DNA of 64,000 bases, taken from Mya arenaria (taxonomy: Eukaryota). The notes beneath the pieces were generated by a model. It did no database searches. It saw only the letters and a list, made by a program, of their open reading frames with translations, and was not told the origin of the DNA. Position 1 is the first letter of the stretch, and each line of letters opens with the position of its first letter. The translations under genes and the position numbers were made by a program. Of the stretch, positions 49,251 to 58,195 are shown piece after piece. The stretch lies in NCBI RefSeq assembly GCF_026914265.1, contig NC_069127.1:1681682-1745681 (forward strand), given 5' to 3'.

Positions 49251-49427
49251 GCGTTGATCCAGGATCGCGAGGGGATTCCTCCTGATCAACAGCGACTCAT
49301 ATACGCAGGCCGACAGCTAGAGAATGGACAGACCCTTGAGGACTTCAATATACAGAAGGAGGCAACATTTCACCTTGTACTGAGTCTACGTGGAGGACCT
49401 GATAATGCTCGAGGCACTGATTTGTGA
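49251..49427 (+). CDS. PARP4: PARP4 exon 30: second half of the ubiquitin-like domain ([58 protein letters not shown]); a possible alternative 3' end at 49423 via the GTGAGT donor that overlaps the stop
   Basis: Acceptor ttttttacag at 49249-50. Compare ubiquitin [48 protein letters not shown]. Stop TGA at 49425-27 sits inside GTGAGT (49424-29). The N-terminal part of track ORF 49038..49427 is intronic. Confidence 0.75.
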   Translation, partial: ALIQDREGIPPDQQRLIYAGRQLENGQTLEDFNIQKEATFHLVLSLRGGPDNARGTDL

Positions 49428-50519
49428 GTATTGGCTGTAAAGTGAGATTGTGCATTTTCGTCTTTGGTTCAATATATGTTGCATCACATGATTCTTGGCC
49501 TTAAAGTTTGGTGCCTTTATATAAAAATTGAAGTAGGGGATACACTTTGAATGAGTTTAACTACAAAAATAACCTAATGATATCTAATTTTTGCCCAAAT
49601 AATTGATTTTGAGCCAAAAATCATGTGTTGCAACAGACTCTGGTTGTGTGACTAGAGCTGAAAAAAACACTTGTTTAGCTCCGTCCTCATGGAAGATGAG
49701 CAGAACAGCGTGCAAATATAAGCTGTTCCAAAAATAATTATAATTATGCAATTAATATTATGATATTTTAAAAAAGCAAAATCACATAAAATAATTGTTT
49801 GATTTAAATAAAATTTCATTTTTTTTTCAAACTCTGTTTAAAAGGAGATATTTGTACCGGTAAGATCTTTTTGAAACCAACTGTGACTTTAAATAATTGT
49901 ACGGCATCGCAACATTAAACAATGATACTGTGAGCTGTTTTGTTAAATCGACTAAAACATGATTTTAATTTCAACTTTTATACAATTTAGAAAAGGTTTG
50001 CCAGAAAAATGATCAATTATGTTTTTCTGCTATGGAAACAATCTGCCCCTCAGGCATGGTGTATAGCTGGTAACTTGGTAAGCGGCATATTCTGCTTTTG
50101 CTAGTGCTCTTAGGTCGGATTTGCGATCTGAAATGTTAACAAAAGTATGTTAAAGATAGGACACATGTGTAGACCCGGTAAATGATTTTATTTCATCTGT
50201 GAAAGGTTGAAAACCTGCCAGTCCAGTTTGCATTATGTTTGAGTAATTAAAATGATATTTTAGTTTAAACCTTTAATCCAACAACCATTCTAAAATAGAT
50301 GGTAACATTTTAGTTTTACTACATGACAACTGAGAAAAAATATATGAACTTATGTGCTTGCTTGGATAGACATTGCTTGCTACAGGCTGTGTTGGCAAAA
50401 ATAAAAATGCCAAAATAAATAATAAGTAATTATTATTTAATGTGTGTGAGATGTCCTCTTTAGTTATAAAATATATACATTATAGATGCAGCATATCTGA
50501 CAACACTTTTCGTAAGCAG

Positions 50520-51400
50520 AGAAGGTAAGCATGTCCTGAAATCTTTTTCACCAGAAACGCTCGAGAAAACTACCCTCACACTATTTTCACCAGAAACCCT
50601 CTAGGACACTGCCTTCATCCTTTATTTACCAAAACCCCTCTAGGACACCATCACCCAATTTTCACTAGTAACCCACTAGAACACTGCCTTCACCCTAATT
50701 CCATCAAGGACACCACCTTCATCTTTTTTTCGCCAGAAACCCTCCAGGACACCTCCTATTCACTATTTTCACCTGGAACGCTCTAGATCACTGCCTTCAA
50801 CCTATTTTCACCAGAATCCCTCTAGAACACTCATCCTTATATCACCAGAAACCCCCAAGGACACTGCCTTCACCCTAATTTCACCAGAAACCCATCTAAG
50901 ATACCACCTTCACCCTATTTTCACCAGAAACCCTCTAGAACACTGCCTTCGCCCTATTTTCACAAGAATCCCTCAAGGACACCTCCTTCACCCTGTTTTC
51001 ACCAAAACCCCTTTAGAACAATGCCTTCACCCTGTTTTCACGAGAAACCCTCTAGAACACCGCCTTCACATTGTTTTAACCAGAACCTCTCTGGAATACA
51101 ACCTTCACCCTATTTTCACAAGAAACCTACTAGAACACAATCTTCACTCTATTTTCACCAGAAACCCTAGAGAACACTGCCTTCACCCTATTTTCACAAG
51201 AAACCTACTAGAACACAACCTTAACCCTATTTTCACAAGAAACCTCTTAGAACACAACCTTCACTCTATTTTCACCAGAAACTCTCTAGAACACTGCCTT
51301 CACCCTATTTTCACCAGAATCCCTCTAGAACACTGCCTTCACCCTATTTTCATCAGAAACTTTCTAGAACACCGCCTTCACCATAATTTAATAGTGAAAG
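50520..51400. repeat. minisatellite with a ~45-bp unit (ACCCTATTTTCACCAGAAACCCTCTAGAACACTGCCTTC)n, about 19 copies
   Basis: Direct tandem repeat downstream of the UBL exon. Confidence 0.85.
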
Positions 51401-51960
51401 AATTTTTGCGCCCAGGAACTACTTGGTTTGCCAATTGGTCATGACTTGTAGTTGACCCCTATTGATTCTTGGTTCAGTTGGTCAAAGGTCAAGGTAACAG
51501 TGACCTTCAGGGGAAAAACAGTTTCCAGTTATGACAAAAAAACACTTGTACTCAGGAATGTTATACTTGGTATGCCAGTCAGTCATGATTAGTTGATTGC
51601 CCCTACAGATTTTCAGGCCAATTGGTCAAAGGTCAAGGTGACCTTGAGGTAAATTAACAGTTTCCGCTGAATAATTAAAGAATGATTGGGCCCAGGAACT
51701 TCATACTTCCTGTTCTAGTTGGTCTTGAGAAGTAGATGACCCCTATTGATTTTGAGGTCAGTAGGTGAAGGTAACAGTAACCTTCAGGTGAAAAAACAAC
51801 AACAATTTGTTGGTCACCAGTCCATACCTTACACTTCTTTCTGCTCAATAACTAAAGAGCGTTTGGACCCAGGAACTTCATACTTGGATCATGAACATTC
51901 GTACTTGTTATGCAGGTTGGTCATGACCAGTAAATGACCCCTATGTTTGTGTGTCTCCAG
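51400..51960. repeat. four tandem copies of a ~150-bp unit (..CCCAGGAACTTCATACTTGG..GACCCCTATTGATT..GGTCAAAGGTCAAGGT..)
   Basis: Direct repeats, related to 47090..47420. Confidence 0.75.
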
Positions 51961-52290
51961 TCCAAAAGTACAAATTTAATGTACGACCACACAAAGGGGG
52001 AGACAAATGCTTTTTCAAAAAAGCAATCTGTAGTTAACGCAAGTGTGTTATCTACAGTAAATTTTTGTATATCAGTGTTATGAGTGCATATTTTTTTTAT
52101 ACATGTCAAATTCAATCTTTCTCTCTTAATTGTAGGGTTTTGGTGATACAAAATATTACTGACAAGTTCTGTTTGAACAGAACATGGCCTTGGACTTTCA
52201 TATTAGTAAGGTTTGAATGAGAAAATTTATATTGTTGATTTCTGATTATATTTATTTAACTGTATATCAAAAGTTTTATATGGGTTACAG

Positions 52291-52353
52291 TGAAGTGAAC
52301 CAAGAGAGGGGTCTTTTTTCATCGCGGAAAAAGGCAAAGAGGAAGAAGAAAAG
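52291..52353 (+). CDS. candidate exon A downstream of the UBL exon: (F)EVNQERGLFSSRKKAKRKKK, a basic NLS-like patch
   Basis: Acceptor gggttacag at 52289-90. Donor AAG|gtttga at 52354. Only phase 2 in is open, which matches the GAT TT|GTGAGT donor at 49424. Phase 2 out matches the next candidate exon. Confidence 0.4.
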
Positions 52354-52599
52354 GTTTGAACATTTGTAAATGTACTTTCTTTAAAATTAAAATTAGTTTA
52401 AAGAGATAAGTAATAAGCTTGCAGAACATAAGCCATATTTCGAGAAAAAAATGGGAAATTGACATTTTAGAAACTAGAAATATAATGGCTATGTCTTGTA
52501 GGCAAACTGTGTAAACATAACGTGTGTAGGATAGAAACTGATGTCACAGCCGATGTGTTTTAAAAACACCTTCATTTTAAACATTTATCTATTATGTGT

Positions 52600-53190
52600 T
52601 TTAATGGAAAGTAGACATTTTATAGACAAGTGAAAGTAGTCCCATCAAATTCTGACTTACCTGGTATCATTAGTTTACACATCCAGCATCATTAATTCAC
52701 ACGGCAGATATAATTAGTTCACACAGAAGCTATCAGTAGTTGACAAATCAGATATCAGTAGTTAACAGACCCAGTATCAGAATTTCACACACCTGATATA
52801 AAAAGTTCACATGGCAGATATCATAAGTTCATGCACCTGATATCTTTAGTTCACACAGCAGATATCAGTAGTCCACACAGTGGATATCAGTAGTCCATAC
52901 ATCAGGTATCAGAAGTTTACACAGCAGATATCAGTATTCCACACTACAGATATCAGTAGTTCACACAATGGATATAAGTAGTTAACACAGCAGATAACAG
53001 TAGTTCACACAACAGATATCAGTAGTTCCCACAATGGATATAAGTAGTTCACACAGCAGATATCAGTAGTTCACACAACAGATATCAGTAGTTCACACAA
53101 TGGATATAAGTAGTTAACACAGCAGATATCAGTAGTTCACACAACAGATATCAGTAGTTCACACAGCAGATATCAGTAGTTCACACATCA
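52600..53190. repeat. minisatellite with a ~21-bp unit (CAGATATCAGTAGTTCACACA)n, about 28 copies
   Basis: Direct tandem repeat between candidate exons A and A'. Confidence 0.85.
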
Positions 53191-53319
53191 GAATGATTTA
53201 AAATGATTTTTGATGCCTGTGAATAATAGTAAAATTGAAGGGAATAAGTTTTGTGTATGTAATGTCTCCAAATGAAGTAACTGTCAGTTTAAATGGTCAT
53301 TCCTATTTCTTCATGCCAG

Positions 53320-53408
53320 TGTTGGAACAGCGCTGTCCATGGAAGAACATTATTCAACATTGGATTATTCAAGATGTGGTTATGCATCCTTGGCTGAGCT
53401 AAGAAATG
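53320..53408 (+). CDS. candidate exon A': (S)VGTALSMEEHYSTLDYSRCGYASLAELRN
   Basis: Acceptor catgccag at 53318-19. Donor ATG|gtattg at 53409. Phase 2 in and phase 1 out chain A to B. It contains an in-frame ATG, so it could also be the first coding exon of a separate downstream gene. Confidence 0.4.
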
Positions 53409-53764
53409 GTATTGTACCTTAAGACCAATTTATAGTGATTGTTTGTTTTGCTGTCCCGGATTGTTTTAAGTAGGGGGACTTCTTTATTTTAGCATTAAAC
53501 AAGACAACAACATGCTCGCTATATAGGTCTTGTTTACTCAAGTGTGAAAGCTGTTTTGATGGGTTGGAAAAGACACTGCAAACAACTGATTTTTGGAAAT
53601 TCATTTTAAGTTAAGGTTTGCAAAATATCACCTTTGTCTTAATATCTTCTTCTTTTATCAAGCTAGAGTTTTAAGCTGTTTAATAGGTTGATACAATGAT
53701 TTGCATATGCCTATATACTAACCAGTATTTGCAATGAATATCCGTTAATTTCTACATTTTTCAG

Positions 53765-53814
53765 ATTCAATGGAACAAAAGATGGATCCAGATGAACAAG
53801 AAACCTGGTCAGCG
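53765..53814 (+). CDS. candidate exon B: (D)SMEQKMDPDEQETWSA
   Basis: Acceptor tttttcag at 53763-64. Donor GCG|GTGAGT at 53815. Phase 1 in, phase 0 out. Confidence 0.5.
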
Positions 53815-54457
53815 GTGAGTTTTGTTTCAGTCTGTATTGAGGCTCTGACAGTAGTGTTTTAACTAAGGAACTTTGGTCAGAAAAAATCATCTCAAAATAA
53901 GAGCTATATAACAAGTGGCCAGGGATTGAACCTCTCCCCATCTAATATCAAAGTAGATCTTTTAATCGCTGGGCTCTCATTATGCAAGTAAACTGTGTAT
54001 CACTACCTTCATACATAGGTCTTTTTATTCATCTATCTATATTGTCAAAGAAACAAGCTTTTTACACCAAAGTTATATAATGACTGCATTGCAGCTCTGA
54101 TATGGTCTCTTCTCTATGAAAGAAAGTAGATAGCTGATATCTTGAAATGTCTGCATGAATGCAGGGATGTCTTGAATTTGACTTTGTGGCTGAATTTTAG
54201 TCCTTTTCCACACATTTTTTTTTTATATATTTCACCATTTTGAGATTTAAAAAATCTCCAAACTGCCCTTTCAGGGAGAGAAAGATTTGACAATGTTATA
54301 CTGCATTTCTTCCCTTTTCTGACAAATTACCGCTGTGGAATGGCCTTCACCTCATTCCCTTTCAACTGAAAAACCTAGACTGCATATATCCATTATGTAG
54401 TGCCTTTAGTTGAGGGAGGTTCAAAGGTGCTTATTGCTGTCACATATTGCTTTTCAG

Positions 54458-54547
54458 TGCGAGAAACTACAGGAGGAAGTCTATGAAGAACTGTCTCCTG
54501 AAAGGTGTTTTGCTGAGCCGATTCGATATGATGAACAAGAAAGGATG
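54458..54547 (+). CDS. candidate exon C: CEKLQEEVYEELSPERCFAEPIRYDEQERM
   Basis: Acceptor cttttcag at 54456-57. Donor ATG|GTAAGG at 54548. Phase 0 to 0. Confidence 0.55.
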
Positions 54548-54924
54548 GTAAGGATTGGATGCAAATGGTCGAGTTAGAAGGCATATAGACTAAAGAGCTA
54601 AGATGTTTGTTAATCCAACTCCATAAGCTTGTTCTCTGATAGCTCCATTTATGTTAAATAAATGCCTTGTGACCCCATATAATTTTGATATCATTTAAAA
54701 GGCATTCAAAAAATACTGACTTGTTTATTCATTTGTGATGGAAACATCGTTATCGGTTGCATTAGATAGGTCAAGGCCTGGGTTTGGTTTCTAGGTGAAT
54801 GATTCTAGGGCTCGGTGGACCTTCTTGTGATGAAAAAATAATTCAACAGCAAAATTCTTCATGCATTAGTTTAAACTTGTATATTTTACAACATTATATT
54901 AATCACTCTCATTTGCATGATATT

Positions 54925-55040
54925 ACGTGAGAGTATGGTCTTGTGTTTTGGGGGAAACGGGAGTATCTGGAGGAAACCCACTTATCTGGCTTGGTGACCA
55001 CAAACCAAAAGCTTCATGCATTGAGCTGCCATAGGACCTG
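54925..55040 (+). mobile_element. fragment of the SINE family seen at 835..1012
   Basis: Shared segment cttgtgtt..gg.aaac.ggagta.c.ggag.aaac.cacttatctggcttggtgaccac. Confidence 0.4.
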
Positions 55041-55118
55041 TTATGATTCAATGATGATGAAACAGGTACTGTAAGGAGGTACATTGAGTTAAACACTTAA
55101 AATGCCCCTCTTTCATAG

Positions 55119-55337
55119 TTAGTGGCTTCAGATGAAGATTTGGATGAAGATTTGGATGAATGTATGTATGAGGAGGTCTATGATGATGTCAGATACATGG
55201 CAGCAAGCCCCAACTACTCGCCCACAAATCCTGCCTACTCACTGACAAGTCCTGCCTACTCACTGACAAGTCCTGCCTACTCACTGACAAGTCCTGCCTA
55301 CTCACCAGCAACTCCTGCCTACCAACAAAAGCCAAAG
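55119..55337 (+). CDS. candidate exon D: acidic stretch plus CTD-like heptads ([73 protein letters not shown])
   Basis: Acceptor tttcatag at 55117-18. Donor AAG|GTAATG at 55338, phase 0. Five tandem heptads Y-S-[PL]-[TA]-[NST]-P-A resemble the RNA Pol II CTD consensus YSPTSPS. The next exon would lie beyond the transposon-like block or off the window. Confidence 0.55.
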
Positions 55338-55577
55338 GTAATGACCCTGTTCTTGTCCATTTTATTGACAATATGTAAATGTATCACAATAATCACATAA
55401 TATATGTTGTGCCTCCTGTTTGGGAGACAAGCTCAGTTTTCTTTGGCTGTCTGTCCCTGTTTGGTTATTTTGTTGAATATTTTCACTTAGTTGAGCCGCT
55501 ATGTGAATACACGCCCTGTTACCTTTCTAATAAGCTTATTATCAGCCCTGCATCACGATAAAGGGGTGCGGGGTGAT

Positions 55578-56410
55578 ACAGGAATCCAGTGGATTTCACG
55601 TGAAATCCACTCAAAACGTGAAATCCACTCAGAACTCAGTTATTTTAATTAATAATTTAATTTTTTTATATACATATTAGAAAGTGTCTCATGAAGGGTT
55701 TATATTTCAAATTTTATTGAAATTGGTCAAAAAAATAAAGAAGTTAGAGCAATTTTTCATTTTTTTCCAAAATAGATCGGAAATCGAGGTGAAATCCAGA
55801 TTCCGATAGTGAAATCCACTCATAACTCATTAATTTTAATAAATAATTTCTGTTTTTGTATATTTATTAGAAAGTGCCTCATAAAGGGTTTATATTTCAA
55901 ATTTTATTGAAATTGGTCAAAAAATAAAGAAGTTAGAGCAATTTTTCATTTTTTTTTTCCAAAAATAGATCGGAAATCGAGGTGAAATCCAGTTTTTGAG
56001 AAGTGAAATCCACTCATAACTCATTAATTTTAATAAATAATTTTCTGTTTTTTGTATATTTATTAGAAAGTGCCTCATGAAGGGTTTATATTTCAAATTT
56101 TATTGAAATTGGTCAAAAAATGAAGACGTTAGAGCAGTTTTTCGAAAATAGATCGGAAATCGAGGTGAAATCCAGTTTTCGAGAGGTGAAATCCACTCTT
56201 AACTCAGTTTTATTAATTATTAATTTTTATTTTTTGTATACATTTTGGAAAATGCCTCATGAAGGGTATATTTTTCAAATTTTATTGAAATATATCAAGA
56301 AATGAAGAAGTTAGAGCAATTTTTCGGAAATCGAGGTGAAATCCATATTTTGACAAGTGAAATCCACTTTTTTCAGACGTGAAATCCACTCACAACTCAT
56401 TTATTTTTAT
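55578..56410 (+). repeat. left subterminal tandem array: ~185-190-bp unit x about 4.5, rich in GTGAAATCCACTCA / palindromic GTGGATTTCACGTGAAATCCAC
   Basis: Unit anchored by AGATCGGAAATCGAGGTGAAATCCAG at 55778, 55969, 56149 and about 56320. The reverse-complement of this unit forms the array at 63130..64000. Confidence 0.85.
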
Positions 56411-57197
56411 GCCAGACATTTATTTATGGTTATTTATACATGTACATTGGTTGATATACGTGATCATAAAAAAAAATAAAAAAAGAAACAAACAAATACA
56501 ACAGAACAAAGTTACACCAAGTGAAATCATATGTTTAACTTGGTTTACAATAATGAGAGATAATGAAAAGGTATGTTCACAACAGTGAAGGAAAATAATT
56601 ACACAAAATAAACAATAGCAAAATATGAAAAAAATATACACAGGTAAACAGAAAGGGAAAACTTCAAAGACAAATTTCTAAGCAAAAAAAGTTTCAACGC
56701 ACAGAGAAAACGCATCAATAATCTTGTTCGAAAAAGTGTACAATGCATTGAAATGAAGGACATAAGATTTCATAAGGACTATCACAGTGACATGGTGCAC
56801 TACAACAACAAAGGACACATTAAATACTTTCACGCCATCAGGAAACATATTACGTAATTTCACAGATTAATACGAGCTAAAAGCAATTATTGTGATGTTA
56901 GTTATAAATATGCTTATTGTTGTAGTAATAGTAGTAGTAGTTCGCAAATGTGCTTATAAAAACACGTACTTATTAATTTATTGTTGTTATATAGTTGTTA
57001 TTTATGTTTTCAAATGTGCTTCATTCATTCATTCATTTAAAGATGTAGTAATATCCATTCATGATTGTTGATGTACTTTTAAACTTATTATGAAATATAT
57101 TTTTGAAATGAATAAATATTGCATTAACTCATATAAAACGTCTCCGTTTTCAATAATAAGCATATTATAAAATATGCTAAGTATATATTACACTTAC

Positions 57198-57403
57198 CGA
57201 TTCAGTGCTGCTGTGTAGTTGTACTCATCCCCGACACAAGCACACTTTATACACGCAAACTTGAGATGACGTTGGTCCCAAGACTTAAGCTCAAGCTTGC
57301 CCATTTGACAACATGTACGATGGCACCACAACTTACAATTATCACAATAAATTGAGTCAAGTGCACATGCCTCAAGGCATACACTACACGGAAAAGTTCC
57401 CAT
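57198..57403 (-). CDS. first coding exon of a PHD-type zinc-finger protein (MGTFPCSVCLEACALDSIYCDNCKLWCHRTCCQMGKLELKSWDQRHLKFACIKCACVGDEYNYTAALN)
   Basis: ATG at 57403..57401 with context aaaATGG. C4HC3-like spacing (CxxC..CxxC..HxxC..CxxC). The exon ends at a perfect donor CG|GTAAGTG (57197-96). Downstream exons are not resolved. Confidence 0.5.
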
Positions 57404-58195
57404 TTTATGAACAAATACAGCAGAAATATACAGAAACAATTAATTATCCTTTTAAATATCCAAATATAATAAAACAAAATACACAGAAACAATTAATTAT
57501 CCGTTTAAATATCAAATAATACGTATATCCAACACTACATGTTCATAGCATAAAAAATAAAACCATAGCAATGACAATTGCCTTTTCTGATACATTTTAT
57601 ACTTACCATCGGCTAAAACACGGTATTTGTCCACCTAAGTGTCTCACCAAGGTGGAAAAATGAACTTCCATGCAGGGCCATGAAATTTTGTCCATTTTTA
57701 GTTTAAAGTTTCAGTCATTGGAAATGATATTTGTTTTCCTACAGTCGCTTTTATAAATTTATTTTTTTGGCGACTTTTACATACAGGTCAGTGTAAGGTT
57801 ACAGACACTACAACAGGTATGTAACAACAAAGATTTTAATGGAAACAAGTCTGTATTATTCAGGTTAACACAGAAAACTAACAATTAGAATGTTAACAAA
57901 CAAATGCATAAAATCTCTGCTTGAGATAAGCATAAAAAAACATATTTCATCCCAGTTGCGATGAACTCTAAAAATTAACAAAAATGATCACACAACTTTA
58001 ACTGTAACTTTTAAAGTTTGTAGAACCAAGTGCCCCAAGCACATTGTTTTTCTAAAATAAACACTTTTCCTATCAAGTATAGTCAGTTTCTGCTGTTTAT
58101 ATCAATAGAACATATTTTTTGTATGAGATAGAAATAGACTGCACTACGGTTACGGACTCTACACATTGTAAGAACCAACACATGCTCAACATTTT

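Larger units (their letters stand above)
24285..49427 (+). other. PARP4: gene span: PARP4 (vault PARP) orthologue, ~30 coding exons; architecture BRCT - PARP regulatory - PARP catalytic - VIT - vWA - C-terminal region - ubiquitin-like domain
   Basis: I translated every exon and all junction phases are mutually consistent. Domain order and many local motifs agree with my recollection of human PARP4 (N-terminus M..G.....L.....K...K.L..DI..NGG.FSF; STSVKYS; DDEFVVY; VGNLPAGATVLIKITY; ACMLTF; SLIIKLSKE-like IIELSKEYSIVTQFTSFVAIEKRD). Confidence 0.85.

Noticed and set aside
52291-52353. Assigning exon A to the same transcript as exons B to D in phase 1
   Set aside because: Phases 0 and 1 of this segment contain TGA immediately. 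Only phase 2 is open, so it can only connect via the 49423 donor, or it is not an exon. I keep it as a low-confidence candidate.
56420-56863. Minus-strand ORFs 56420..56641 and 56678..56863 as further exons of the PHD-finger gene
   Set aside because: A possible acceptor (ttgttgttgtag) gives only a short open stretch ending in TGA with no recognisable motif. There is not enough support.
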